Shown: positions 24,954 to 35,176 of the stretch, one piece after another
Layout: the number at the start of each line of letters is the position of its first letter
Position numbering within the stretch: the first letter of the stretch is position 1
Source of the DNA: Comamonadaceae bacterium
GTDB taxonomy: Bacteria > Pseudomonadota > Gammaproteobacteria > Burkholderiales > Burkholderiaceae_C
DNA: 64,000 bases
Assembly (NCBI GenBank): GCA_027486755.1
Contig: JAIXOM010000063.1
Span: forward strand, 2,213-66,212
Direction of reading: 5' to 3'
The notes under the pieces: generated by a model
Seen by the model: only the letters and a program-made list of their open reading frames with translations
Told to the model about the DNA's origin: nothing
The model's database searches: none
Made by a program: the position numbers and the translations under genes

Positions 24954-25589
24954 ATGCTGCAGGCAGCCGACATCACCGGCATGGTGCTGGCCGGCGGGCA
25001 AGGCTCCCGCATGGGCGGCATCGACAAAGGCCTGCAGCTTTTTCGAGGCCAGGCGCTGGCCAGTCAGGCTTGGCAGCGCCTGGCCCCACAGGTCGGCAGC
25101 ATCGCCATCAATGCCAACCGGCATCTGGATACCTATCGCAGCTGGGGCGCACCAGTCTGGTCCGACGCTGCTGACCCAGAGGCTTTTGCCGGGCCGCTGG
25201 CCGGCTTTCTCAGTGGGCTGAGCCACTGCACCAGCGACTATCTGTGTACGGTAGCCTGCGATACGCCGCTGTTCCCGCAGGATCTGGTTGCGCGGCTAGC
25301 GAAGGGCTTGCGAGAGGCACAAGCCGACATCGCCATGGCCGCCGGGCCGGAAGGCGACGGCCGCGTCCGAAACCAACCTGTGTTCTGCCTGATCAAAACC
25401 GAGCTGCGCCCGGCGCTGCTGGAATTCATGCAACAGGGCGGCCGAAAAATCGATGCCTGGACAGCCAGTCAGCGCAGCACCGTGGTCCGCTTCGACCAGC
25501 CGGGCGACGACCCGCGGGCTTTTTTTAATATCAATACCCTGCAAGAGCTGCAGCAGCTCGAAACCCTGGCCACGTCCGCAAAACCATGA
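24954..25589 (+). CDS. mobA: Molybdenum cofactor guanylyltransferase
   Basis: The product starts GMVLAGGQGSRMGGIDKGL and contains the VACDTPLFP motif. It starts immediately after the moaA stop. Confidence 0.85.
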   Translation: MLQAADITGMVLAGGQGSRMGGIDKGLQLFRGQALASQAWQRLAPQVGSIAINANRHLDTYRSWGAPVWSDAADPEAFAGPLAGFLSGLSHCTSDYLCTVACDTPLFPQDLVARLAKGLREAQADIAMAAGPEGDGRVRNQPVFCLIKTELRPALLEFMQQGGRKIDAWTASQRSTVVRFDQPGDDPRAFFNINTLQELQQLETLATSAKP

Positions 25590-26875
25590 AGAGCCTGGCC
25601 GAAATCGCGGATGCCCTGCAAGGCTATGACCCGCAGTCCTTGCCGGTCGAGCAAGCCCTGGCCTTCCTGCGCGCTCTGGTCGAGCCCATTGTCGATACCG
25701 AAGACATTGCCCTGGCAGACGGACTGGATCGCATCCTCGCCGGTGACCTCATCAGCCCCCTGAATGTGCCACCGCATGACAACTCAGCCATGGATGGCTA
25801 TGCATTCGACGGCGCGCAGATCCAAGCCGGCAAAGACATCAGCTTGCGCGTGGTGGGCACTGCCTGGGCTGGTCGGGCCTGGCGCGGCCAGGCTGGGCCG
25901 GGTCAGTGTGTGCGCATCATGACCGGCGCCATCATGCCAGCCGGACTGGACACGGTCTTGCCGCAAGAGCTGGCCCAACTCAGCCCTGACGGCCAACAAC
26001 TGACGGTGCCGGCCGACCGTCTGGCCGCCGGCGACAACCGGCGCTTGCAGGGCGAAGACCTGCACCTGGGCGAGACGGCCCTGCGCAGCGGCACCCGCAT
26101 GGGCCCGGCCCAACTGGGGCTGGCCGCCTCCCTGGGCCTGGAGCGCCTGCAGGTCTTGCGACGCCCGCTGGTGGCATGCTTTTCCACCGGCGACGAAATT
26201 CTCAGCGCTGGCCAGGCACCGCGCGAAGGTGCGGTCTACGACAGCAACCGCTACAGCCTGATCGGCCTGCTCCAGCGCCTAGGCTGCAGCGTGCTGGACT
26301 TGGGCCTGGTGCCGGACGACCCTGCCCGCTTGCAAGCGACTTTCGAGCACGCCGCCAGCCAGGCCGATGCCATCATCAGCTCCGGCGGCGTGAGCGTGGG
26401 CGAGGCTGACCATACCCGCGCCATGCTCCAGCGGCTGGGCGAGATGGTGTTCTGGCGGGTGGCCATGCGTCCAGGCCGGCCACTGGCCACCGGCCGCATC
26501 GCGCACCTGGCGCGCAGCCGGCCGGCACTCGTGTTTGGCCTGCCCGGCAATCCGGTGGCGGTGATGGTCACCTTCCTGGCCTTCGTGCGCCCTGCCCTGC
26601 TACAGCTGATGGGCTGCAGCGCGCCGCCCAACCCACTGTTGCAGGCCCGCAGCCTGGAAACGCTGCGCAAGAAACCGGGCCGCACCGAATACCAGCGCGG
26701 CTGGGTCAGCCGCAACGCACAGGGGCAGTTACAGGTACGCACCACCGGCAACCAGGGCTCGGGCGTGCTCAGCTCCATGACCCAGGCCAACGGCCTGATC
26801 GTGCTGCACCACCAGCAGGCAACGGTGCAGGCCGGCGAACTGGTGGATGTGATGATGTTCGACGGCGTCATCTGA
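25586..26875 (+). CDS. moeA: Molybdopterin molybdotransferase
   Basis: It has the MoeA N, MoCF-biosynthesis and C domains, with motifs NSAMDGYA and SSGGVSVGEADH. It overlaps mobA in an ATGA stop/start. Confidence 0.9.
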   Translation: MKSLAEIADALQGYDPQSLPVEQALAFLRALVEPIVDTEDIALADGLDRILAGDLISPLNVPPHDNSAMDGYAFDGAQIQAGKDISLRVVGTAWAGRAWRGQAGPGQCVRIMTGAIMPAGLDTVLPQELAQLSPDGQQLTVPADRLAAGDNRRLQGEDLHLGETALRSGTRMGPAQLGLAASLGLERLQVLRRPLVACFSTGDEILSAGQAPREGAVYDSNRYSLIGLLQRLGCSVLDLGLVPDDPARLQATFEHAASQADAIISSGGVSVGEADHTRAMLQRLGEMVFWRVAMRPGRPLATGRIAHLARSRPALVFGLPGNPVAVMVTFLAFVRPALLQLMGCSAPPNPLLQARSLETLRKKPGRTEYQRGWVSRNAQGQLQVRTTGNQGSGVLSSMTQANGLIVLHHQQATVQAGELVDVMMFDGVI

Positions 26876-26909
26876 GGCCGCCTAGCGCAGCTCAGGCCCG
26901 TGCCGCGCC

Positions 26910-27206
26910 TTAAGCGCCTTCAATGATGCGGATGTCGCGCACAGCGGCATTCGTGCCCAGCGCCGCCAGAGCCGCCTTGTAGCCCGGGCTCTGATACGCA
27001 TCCAGGGCCGCCTGCAGGCTGTCAAACTCAATCAGCACGGTGCGCATTTGCTTGCCGTGCTCCTTGACCGCGGCCGGCAAACCGCGGGCCAGGAAGCGTC
27101 CGCCAGAGGCCGTCAGAGCCGGCCCTGCCAGCTGCGCATAGGCCTGCAAGGCCGCCTCATCATGAATGGCATGGTACTCACTGATCCAGTAGGCTTTGGG
27201 CATCAC
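26910..27206 (-). CDS. DUF1330 domain protein
   Basis: It is a 98-aa product (PKAYWISEYHAIHDEAALQAYAQLAGPAL...LIEFDSLQAALDAYQSPGY) with the dimeric alpha/beta-barrel family pattern. Confidence 0.7.
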   Translation of the reverse strand: MMPKAYWISEYHAIHDEAALQAYAQLAGPALTASGGRFLARGLPAAVKEHGKQMRTVLIEFDSLQAALDAYQSPGYKAALAALGTNAAVRDIRIIEGA

Positions 27207-27235
27207 GGCTCCGTTGGTTGAAAGCTTCTGTCGAT

Positions 27236-30200
27236 TTATTTGGCGATCAGCTCATGATCATGGCCGGCCTGGTCCTTGACCTCGCGCACATCGGCACCCG
27301 GCACTGCATCGCGGGCGAACAGCAAGTACATGGTCGGCACCACGAACACGGTCAGCAGGGTGCCCAGAGACATACCGCCGACGATCACCCAGCCAATCTG
27401 TGTGCGACTTTCAGCACCGGCCCCGGTGGACAGGGCCAGCGGGATGGCGCCCAGCACCATGGCGCCGGTGGTCATCAAAATCGGACGCAGACGCTGCGAC
27501 GATGCCTTGACCACTGCGTCGATGGTCTGCATGCCTTGCTCGCGCAGCTGGTTGGCGAATTCAACGATCAAGATACCGTGCTTGGTGATCAGGCCCACCA
27601 GGGTGATCAGGCCAATCTGCGAATACACATTGAGCGAGCCGCCGGACCACTTGAGTGCCAGCAGAGCACCAATCATGGACAGCGGTACCGACAGCATGAT
27701 CACCAACGGATCGACAAAGCTTTCGAACTGCGCAGCCAGCACCAGAAAAATAAACAGCAAGGCCATCACAAACACTAGCGCCAGCGCGCCTTGGGATTTG
27801 CGGAACTCGCGCGAGGTACCGTTCAGGTCGGTGGTGTAGCCGGGCTTGAGCACCTTGGAAGCGGTCGCGTCCATGAAAGCCAAAGCCTCGCCCAAGGCGT
27901 AGTCGGCCGACAGGTTGGCAGTGATCGTGACCGAGCGGCGCTGACCGAAGTGATTAAGCTCGCGCGGACTCACGCTCTCGCGCGTCTTGACCAAGGCCGA
28001 CAGCGGCACCATCACATCATTGCGGCCCCGCACATTGATGTTTTCAATGTCCTGGGGCACGTCGCGGCCGCTGGCGCGGTTCTGAATGATCACATCGTAT
28101 TGCTCGGCATCGCGCTTGTAGCGGGTCACCTGTCGGCCGCCCAGCGTGGTTTCCAGGGCTCGCGCCACCACATCGACGCTCACGCCCATGTCGGCCGCCT
28201 TATCCCGGTCAATGACAATGCGCAGCTCGGGCTTGTTCATGCGCAGGTCAATATCGGGCTGAACAATGCCGGGATTCTTGGCTATCTCGTCAAGCAACTG
28301 CCTGACCACCCGGTTGAGGTTCTCATAGCTGTCCGAGGTCTGAATCACAAAGTTGATCGGCCGTTCGCGAAAGCCCTGGCCCAGCGACGGCGGGGTGATG
28401 GGGAAGGCGTTGATACCGGCCAGCCCGCTGAACTTCGGGCCCAGTTCCCGCGCAATCTGCAGCGTAGTGCGATCCCGTTTTTCCCACTCGACGGCCCTGT
28501 AGACCACCGTGCCTTGCGAGACGGTCGGATTGCCCAGATTGGCAAAAATCCGGTCAAACTCAGGGTATTGCGAGCCCATGCGCTCCAAAATTCGTGCATA
28601 ACGGTCGGTGTAATCTATGGTCGATCCGTCGGGCGCGTTGATGGTCGCCAAAATAGTGCCGCGGTCCTCTAGCGGCGCAAGCTCGGACTTCATCGTCGGC
28701 CATACCGCCGAAATTCCCCAGCCGGCCACAGCCATAACCACCAGAATTAACCACCGCGCCTGCAAGAAAAATCCAAGCAGGCCACCCGCAGCGCCACCGC
28801 CGGCCGGTCGCCAACGGGCCAGCAAGATCCAGCGCAGCACGCCACCGTAGCCATTGGACAGCCCGGTCAACAAGCGCTCCATGCTCCGGTCGAACAAATT
28901 CGGCTTGGGATTGTGCTTGAGCAGCTTGGAACACATCATGGGCGTGAGCGTGAGCGCCACAAAACCCGATACCAATACCGCCCCCGCCAAGGCCAGCGCA
29001 AATTCGATGAACAGACGCCCGGTTCGCCCCGGCGTGAACGCCAAGGGCGCATACACCGCCACCAACGTAATGGTCATGCAGATCACCGCAAAGGAGATTT
29101 CCCGAGCGCCTTTGATCGATGCTGAAAAGGGATCCATGCCCTCTTCAATATGCCGAAAGATATTCTCCAGCATCACGATCGCGTCATCGACCACCAGGCC
29201 GATGGCCAACACCAGGGCCAGCAGCGTCAAGGTGTTGATGGTAAAGCCGGCGAGCGCCATCATCGCGAAGGTGCCGATCAGCGACACCGGAATCGTGACG
29301 ATGGGAATCAAAGAGGCCCGGAGGGTACGCAGGAACACAAAAATCACCAGCGCAACCAAAACCACCGCCTCCGCAATCGTCTGGTAGACGTTCTTGATGG
29401 AACGGTCGATGAAAAGCGAGTTGTCGTTGGCCACCTCGATGCTCAGGTCACCCGGCAGGTCGGCCTTGAGCTTGGGAATCATTTCACGAACGCCCTGGGC
29501 CAACTGCAAAGGATTGGCCGTAGCCTGGCGGATCACACCCGCCGAGATCGCCAGCCGTCCATTCAGACGGGCGGTGCTGCGGGTATCGGCCGGACCCTCC
29601 TCGATACGGGCCACATCACGCAGCTTGACCGGAAATCCGTTGACCACGCGCACCACGATGTCGCCAAACTGCCCCGGCCGGTTCAGGTCGGTCTGCGAGG
29701 TGACGCTGAACTCACGCTGCGTAGACTCGATGCGCCCAGCCGGCACATCCAAGTTATTGCGGCGCACCGCGTCTTCAATGTCTTGCGTGGTCAGGCGGTA
29801 GCCGGCCATGCGATCGGGGTCCAACCAGACCCGCATCGCGTACTTGCGCTCGCCAAAAATACGGACATCCGCTACACCCGTGACGGTCTGCAGGCGCGGC
29901 TTGACCACCCGGTTGACCAGGTCGTTGATCTGCAGCGGATTGAGCACATCACTGCTAAAGGCCAGCCAGATCACCGGAAAGGCGTCGGCCTCCACCTTCG
30001 CAATGACTGGCTCATCAATAGACAGTGGCAGACGGTTGCGCACCCGCGCGGTACGGTCACGCACCTCGGCGGCAGCCGCATCGGCGTCCTTTTCCAGCCT
30101 AAAACGCACAGAAATCTGACTCTGCTCGGCCCGGCTGATCGAGGTGATCACGTCAACCGCATCAATGCCTGCAATCGAGTCTTCGAGCGGCTTGGAAACC

Positions 30201-30385
30201 TGGCTCTCGACCACTTCGGCCGACGCGCCCGGGTATCTGACGGTGACGGTGACCACCGGCTCGTCGATCTTCGGATACTCACGAACCGACAGCTTGTCGA
30301 AGCAGACCGCTCCGATCAGCACGACGAGCAGGGACAACACCGTCGCAAAAACCGGCCGCCGTATGGAAATTTCAGGCAAAAGCAT
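27236..30385 (-). CDS. RND efflux transporter permease (AcrB/HAE1-like)
   Basis: It is 1049 aa and starts with SIRRPVFATVLSL. It has 12-TM RND topology with two large periplasmic loops and the motif AIGLVVDDAIVMLENIFRH. Confidence 0.9.
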   Translation of the reverse strand: MLLPEISIRRPVFATVLSLLVVLIGAVCFDKLSVREYPKIDEPVVTVTVRYPGASAEVVESQVSKPLEDSIAGIDAVDVITSISRAEQSQISVRFRLEKDADAAAAEVRDRTARVRNRLPLSIDEPVIAKVEADAFPVIWLAFSSDVLNPLQINDLVNRVVKPRLQTVTGVADVRIFGERKYAMRVWLDPDRMAGYRLTTQDIEDAVRRNNLDVPAGRIESTQREFSVTSQTDLNRPGQFGDIVVRVVNGFPVKLRDVARIEEGPADTRSTARLNGRLAISAGVIRQATANPLQLAQGVREMIPKLKADLPGDLSIEVANDNSLFIDRSIKNVYQTIAEAVVLVALVIFVFLRTLRASLIPIVTIPVSLIGTFAMMALAGFTINTLTLLALVLAIGLVVDDAIVMLENIFRHIEEGMDPFSASIKGAREISFAVICMTITLVAVYAPLAFTPGRTGRLFIEFALALAGAVLVSGFVALTLTPMMCSKLLKHNPKPNLFDRSMERLLTGLSNGYGGVLRWILLARWRPAGGGAAGGLLGFFLQARWLILVVMAVAGWGISAVWPTMKSELAPLEDRGTILATINAPDGSTIDYTDRYARILERMGSQYPEFDRIFANLGNPTVSQGTVVYRAVEWEKRDRTTLQIARELGPKFSGLAGINAFPITPPSLGQGFRERPINFVIQTSDSYENLNRVVRQLLDEIAKNPGIVQPDIDLRMNKPELRIVIDRDKAADMGVSVDVVARALETTLGGRQVTRYKRDAEQYDVIIQNRASGRDVPQDIENINVRGRNDVMVPLSALVKTRESVSPRELNHFGQRRSVTITANLSADYALGEALAFMDATASKVLKPGYTTDLNGTSREFRKSQGALALVFVMALLFIFLVLAAQFESFVDPLVIMLSVPLSMIGALLALKWSGGSLNVYSQIGLITLVGLITKHGILIVEFANQLREQGMQTIDAVVKASSQRLRPILMTTGAMVLGAIPLALSTGAGAESRTQIGWVIVGGMSLGTLLTVFVVPTMYLLFARDAVPGADVREVKDQAGHDHELIAK

Positions 30386-30459
30386 GGTGGAGGTTTCCTA
30401 TTGCTGAGACGGTGAAGGCTACGGCAGGTGGCTCAATACTGAAGACCGAAGCGCCCGAC

Positions 30460-31914
30460 TCAGGTCGGTCCGGGGCCAGTGCGTTGTGCAGGAACCGCGG
30501 CAGGAGCGGCGCTGGCAGGAGCGGCAGGGCCTGCCGGGCGAGCCGCTGCGCGACCTGAGCCGTCAAGGGCCACCAGGCAGGGATCCGGACCCTGCAAGGG
30601 CGGCAGATTGGCCGCTGGGCGACCTGCCGGTGGACGACCAGGACCGCCAGCGGCCGGGCCGGCCCCCGAAGGCACCGCCCCCGGAGCAGCCCCTGGACCA
30701 CCCGGGGCACCGGGAGCACCACCTGGGCCGCCTGGGCCGCCTGGGGCACCACCTGGACCACCCGGGGCACCACCGCGACCGGCACCTTCAACCACCCGCA
30801 CCACCGTACCGTCGCGCTGTAAGCGCTGTTGGCCGGCCACCACCACGGTATCGCCCAGAGCCACGCCATCGAGCAACTCGACCTTGCCCGGTGTTCTCAT
30901 GCCGACCTTGACCTCAACCCGCTTGGATACCAGGCCCTCCGGACTGTCAACCAAGCGAATCACAAACAGCCGCGGCCCCTGGGGCACGATGGCCTCCTCG
31001 GGCACCACCAGCGCCTTGTCCCGGGTACTGAAATTGGTGGCCACCCGGGCAAACATGCCCGGGCGCAGTTGCATGCGACGGTTGTCGATGCAGGCGCGCA
31101 CGCCCAGCGAGCGCCCATTGGCGTCAACCAGGGGGTCGATGGCCTGCACCACCGCAGAAAATTTTCGCCCTGGCACCGCATCGACCTCCACTTCGGCCCG
31201 CTGGCCGGCTCGAAGCCGCGTCTGAAAACGCTCGGGCAGCCGGTAGTCCACATAGACCGCGTCCATGTCTTCCAAATTCACCACATCGGCGCCGTCTTTC
31301 AGGTAGTCACCCAGGTTAATGGAGCGTATGCCCACGGTGCCATCGAAGGGCGCCAGAATCTTGAGTCGGTCGGCCGTGGCCTTGGCCAGAGCCAGCTTAG
31401 CCTGAGCCACTTCCAGGCTGGCACCACTTTCATCGACGGTCCGCCGGCTGATGAAGTTTTGCTCCACCAATTCCTTGTTGCGGTTGAAATTAACTTGCGC
31501 GATCGACAGTTCCGCCTGGGCCTGCTTGACCTGGGCCTGCGCGAGCTGGTCGTCGAGTTGGATCAGCAACTGCCCGCGACTGACCTTTTGACCATCGCGA
31601 AAATTGACCTGGGTGATGCGCCCGCTCACCTCGGGCCTGACCATGATGTTCTGGCGCGAGCGCAAACTACCGGTGGCCTGCGCTTCATCGACCAGTTTGG
31701 CCTGTTCCACCTTGGTCACTTCGACCGCAGGCTTACCGCCCCCGCCAGGGCCACCGGCAGCAGCCGGACCTGAAGCCGCGCCTGTCGGACCCGCTGCCAC
31801 CGGCGCGGCACCCGAAGGGCTTTGTTGACCACGGTTCTGGTACCACCAGGCGCCACCGCCTGCGACAACAATCAGGATCAAGGACAGGGCCCGTACCACG
31901 GATTTAGATGCCAT
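30460..31914 (-). CDS. RND efflux periplasmic adaptor (membrane fusion protein) with long Gly/Pro/Ala-rich C-terminal tail
   Basis: From MASKSVVRALSLILIVVAGGG it has a TM anchor, a coiled-coil hairpin (AQAQVKQAQAELSIAQVNFNRNKEL), a lipoyl domain and a beta-barrel domain. These are followed by about 130 residues of GGAPGGPGGAPGGPGG-type low complexity. I moved the start to the internal ATG at 31914. Confidence 0.85.
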   Translation of the reverse strand: MASKSVVRALSLILIVVAGGGAWWYQNRGQQSPSGAAPVAAGPTGAASGPAAAGGPGGGGKPAVEVTKVEQAKLVDEAQATGSLRSRQNIMVRPEVSGRITQVNFRDGQKVSRGQLLIQLDDQLAQAQVKQAQAELSIAQVNFNRNKELVEQNFISRRTVDESGASLEVAQAKLALAKATADRLKILAPFDGTVGIRSINLGDYLKDGADVVNLEDMDAVYVDYRLPERFQTRLRAGQRAEVEVDAVPGRKFSAVVQAIDPLVDANGRSLGVRACIDNRRMQLRPGMFARVATNFSTRDKALVVPEEAIVPQGPRLFVIRLVDSPEGLVSKRVEVKVGMRTPGKVELLDGVALGDTVVVAGQQRLQRDGTVVRVVEGAGRGGAPGGPGGAPGGPGGPGGAPGAPGGPGAAPGAVPSGAGPAAGGPGRPPAGRPAANLPPLQGPDPCLVALDGSGRAAARPAGPAAPASAAPAAVPAQRTGPGPT

Positions 31915-32155
31915 CTCTACGCCTTGGAGCTGGGCCGGCACCCTTCCTGAAGAAAGACTGCGCCGGCAACAATTGAATAACTTAGCAATGTAACAGCAGC
32001 CAATCAAGTCCGTGCGAGGCGCACCCCGGGATTTCCCAGGAGCGCACATAGGTAATTCCACGAATGAGCAGCCTGAGGCTGGCCCACCGTCCCTCACCAG
32101 CCCACAATTCCAGGGCGCGCCAGCGGCACGAAAGCCGCCGCCTACACTGCCTGCC

Positions 32156-33385
32156 ATGCATGCTTTTGACGTGGTCATCGTTGGCGCCGGCGCGGCCGGA
32201 CTGTTTTGCGCCGGCCAGGCCGGCCGACTCGGCCTGCGGGTGCTGCTGATCGATCACAGCGCCAAGGTGGCCGAAAAAATCCGCATCTCCGGCGGCGGCC
32301 GCTGCAACTTCACCAATACCGGTACCAGCGCCCAGCAGTTTTTAGGCGAAAACCCCCACTTTTGCCGCTCGGCGCTTTCGCGCTACACGCCGCAAGACTT
32401 CGTCGACCTGGTGCGTGAACACCGCATCGCCTTCCATGAAAAGCACAAGGGCCAGCTGTTTTGCGACCGATCGGCCGAAGACATCATCACCATGCTGCTG
32501 GCCCTGTGCGAGGCTGGCCAGGTGGAGCGCTGGCAGCCCTGCGCGGTTGGCGCGGTCGAACACAGCCTGGGCCTCTACCGCTTGCAGACCGAGCGCGGAC
32601 CGGTAGAAGCGGCGCAACTGGTGATCGCCACCGGCGGCCTGTCCATTCCAAAGATCGGCGCCACCGACTGGGGCTACCGCATCGCGCGCCAGTTCGACCT
32701 GCGGCTGGTCGAGCCACGGCCTGCCCTGGTGCCCCTGGTGTTCGAAGGCAGCCCCTGGGCGCCCTACAGCAGCCTGGCGGGCCTGGCCCTGCCCGTGCGC
32801 ATCAGCACCCCGGTGGCGGGCAAAAAAGGCCGGCAGGTGTTTGACGAGGACCTGCTCTTTACCCACCGCGGCCTGAGCGGCCCGGCGGTCCTGCAGATTT
32901 CTAGCTTCTGGCTCCCTGGCGCACCGATCGCTGTCCACCTGGCACCGGCCTGGGACAAAGCCGAGGCATTGCAAGCGCAGCTGCTGGCGGCCAAGGCCCG
33001 CTCGCGCAAGCTGGTCAGCAATGAGCTGAGTACCTTGCTGCCGGCCCGGCTGGCCGAGGCCTGGGTCAGCGCCGATAGCCGGCTGCAGCAACCCATCTGC
33101 GACGTGCCCGACAAGGCCTTGGCCGCCCTGGCCCAGGCCCTGACGCACTGGGAGCTGCGGCCCAGCGGCACCGAGGGCTACCGCAAGGCCGAAGTGACCG
33201 CCGGCGGCGTCGATACCCTTGACCTGTCGTCCCAGACGCTGGAGAGCCGGCAAGCGGGCTTGTATTTCATCGGCGAGGTGGTCGATGTCACCGGCTGGCT
33301 CGGCGGCTACAACTTTCAGTGGGCCTGGGCCAGTGCCTACGCCTGCGCGCAGGCTATGGCCGAACGCCGGGCGGCGCTGGCCTGA
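32156..33385 (+). CDS. HI0933/BaiN-family NAD(P)/FAD-dependent flavoprotein
   Basis: It has the [17 protein letters not shown] dinucleotide fold, [11 protein letters not shown], and the C-terminal [19 protein letters not shown] motif. I moved the start to MHAFDV. Confidence 0.85.
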   Translation: MHAFDVVIVGAGAAGLFCAGQAGRLGLRVLLIDHSAKVAEKIRISGGGRCNFTNTGTSAQQFLGENPHFCRSALSRYTPQDFVDLVREHRIAFHEKHKGQLFCDRSAEDIITMLLALCEAGQVERWQPCAVGAVEHSLGLYRLQTERGPVEAAQLVIATGGLSIPKIGATDWGYRIARQFDLRLVEPRPALVPLVFEGSPWAPYSSLAGLALPVRISTPVAGKKGRQVFDEDLLFTHRGLSGPAVLQISSFWLPGAPIAVHLAPAWDKAEALQAQLLAAKARSRKLVSNELSTLLPARLAEAWVSADSRLQQPICDVPDKALAALAQALTHWELRPSGTEGYRKAEVTAGGVDTLDLSSQTLESRQAGLYFIGEVVDVTGWLGGYNFQWAWASAYACAQAMAERRAALA

Positions 33386-33504
33386 GAGGCTGCAGGTCCC
33401 ATGCAGCAGGCTCTGTGCCTGCTATACTCTCCGGCTTTGCTAGCAAACCTGCGCCTACAAGGATCCTGATCAGATCCCCCGCGGCGCACCCTTGGGATCC
33501 ATCA

Positions 33505-33717
33505 ATGACCACCATTCGTGTAAAAGACAACGAGCCGTTCGACGTGGCCCTGCGCCGTTTCAAGCGCACCATTGAAAAGCTCGGCCTGCTGACCGACCTG
33601 CGCGCCCGCGAGTTCTATGAGAAGCCGACGGCCGAGCGCAAGCGCAAGAAAGCAGCGGCAGTCAAGCGCAACTACAAGCGCATCCGCTCGATGCAACTGC
33701 CCAAGAAGATGTACTGA
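33505..33717 (+). CDS. rpsU: 30S ribosomal protein S21
   Basis: The product reads [49 protein letters not shown]... and is 70 aa. Confidence 0.95.
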   Translation: MTTIRVKDNEPFDVALRRFKRTIEKLGLLTDLRAREFYEKPTAERKRKKAAAVKRNYKRIRSMQLPKKMY

Positions 33718-33757
33718 TGCAGTGGGCGGCCACGGCCGCCAAGCAAGGTGCTAATCC

Positions 33758-33795
33758 AGCCCGCTCGAGGACGCTCTAGCGGGCTTTGTTTTTTC
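33758..33795 (+). terminator. Rho-independent terminator after rpsU
   Basis: agcccgct pairs with agcgggct and is followed by ttgtttttt. Confidence 0.7.
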
Positions 33796-33812
33796 CCCAC
33801 CGGAGATCCGCT

Positions 33813-34259
33813 ATGGCCCTGAAAGAACAGATCAACGACGACATGAAAACCGCCATGCGCGCCCGCGATAGCGAGCGACTGGCCACCATACGCCTGCTGA
33901 TGGCAGCGCTGAAGCAAAAAGAGGTTGACGAGCGCATCGTGCTTGACGACGCTGCTGTGATCGGCATCGTCGACAAGCTGATCAAGCAGCGCAAAGACTC
34001 GATCGAAGCTTTTCGCAAGGCCGAGCGCCATGACCTGGCCGACAAGGAAGAGGCCGAGATGAAGGTGCTGCAAGGCTATTTGCCCGTGCGCATGAGCGCG
34101 CAGGAGGTCAGCGACGCGGTAAGCGCCCTGGTGGCCAGCCTGGGCGCAAGTGGTCCCGGGGACATGGGCAAGGTGATGGCTGCCGCCAAAGCGCAATTGG
34201 CCGGCCAGGCCGATATGGGCCAGGTCTCAGCTGCCGTCAAAGCCGCCCTGGCCGGCTGA
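33813..34259 (+). CDS. GatB/YqeY domain protein
   Basis: The product starts MALKEQINDDMKTAMRARD and contains the LIKQRKDSIEAFRKA pattern. It follows rpsU, as is common. Confidence 0.85.
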   Translation: MALKEQINDDMKTAMRARDSERLATIRLLMAALKQKEVDERIVLDDAAVIGIVDKLIKQRKDSIEAFRKAERHDLADKEEAEMKVLQGYLPVRMSAQEVSDAVSALVASLGASGPGDMGKVMAAAKAQLAGQADMGQVSAAVKAALAG

Positions 34260-34282
34260 AACTGGAGCGAGCGGCGCGCCGC

Positions 34283-35169
34283 TCAGGCCAGGATCAGGGC
34301 GGTGCCCATCACCGCCATAGCAGAGCCTACCCAGGCCCCCAGCGCGGGGCGGCGGCGGTAGATCATCCACAGCAGCGGCAAGAGCAGCACCGGCGAAATC
34401 GAGGACATGATGCCCACCAAATTGGCCTGCCCGGTGCGCAGCGCCGCCAGAATCAAGGTCATGCCCAGGGCCATGGCCACCGCTGCACTGGCGCCGGTGT
34501 TCGCAAGCACCTTGGCGGTCAGTGGCTGCAACAGGCGCGAATGCCGCAGCCCGGCCCACAGCAAGATCAGATGGGCCAGGAAGGCGGCACTGGTGCGTAC
34601 GGCAGAGGCGGCCACCGCGTCGACCCCGGTCGTCATCAGGGGCTTGATCATCAAGGTAGCCACCGCCTGACACAGGGCTGCCAGCAAACCCAGCGCTACG
34701 CCGACAGCCAGCGTACCCCGGGTGTCCTCCCATTGGTGACTTTCGTCTGCGCGCCTGCCCCAGGCAATGGCCACCATCACACCAGAGACCAACAAGCCGC
34801 TGCCAGCCAAGGTCCAGCCCCAAAGTGTCTCACCCAAAAAAAGCCAGGCCAGTACCACCGAAAACAGCGCATGGGTGGCAAAAGAATGCCACAGCGCCGA
34901 GGCCCCAGCCGGTTCATACAGGCGAACAAGGCGGTATCGCCCACAAAAATGCCGACCAAGCCAGAGAGCACCAGCAGGCCAGTGGCGTGCAGGTCGAGGC
35001 TACGCCACTGCCCGCTCCAGGTTGCCACGGCCCACAACAGGCAAAGCGCGAAAAAAAGGCGCCAGCGGGTAAAGGCGAAGGCGCCCATACGGCTGGCGGC
35101 CTGGGCCGACAACACACTGCCCACAGCCCAGCACAGGGCCGCAAGAGCGGCGAGCAGTTCAGCGCGCAT
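34283..35169 (-). pseudogene. EamA/DMT-family transporter interrupted by a single frameshift
   Basis: Two overlapping minus-strand ORFs (34777-35169 and 34283-34858) encode the N- and C-terminal halves of a 10-TM EamA protein. After ...FACMNRLG the homologous sequence continues in another frame (ASALWHSFATHALFSVVLAWLFLGE...). The junction coincides with a C4 run at 34903-34906. Confidence 0.7.
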
Positions 35170-35176
35170 CCGCGCC

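Noticed and set aside
23358-25226. A 622-aa minus-strand ORF spanning the SDR, moaA and mobA genes.
   Set aside because: It is a shadow ORF of the same kind. It crosses three well-supported plus-strand genes and has no recognisable motif.
30479-31225. Plus-strand ORFs across the Gly/Pro-rich region, and the idea that the adaptor tail is a collagen-like (G-X-Y)n domain.
   Set aside because: The plus-strand ORFs are antisense artefacts of the repetitive GC-rich DNA. The tail does not keep a strict Gly-every-third-residue register, so a collagen triple-helix call is not justified.
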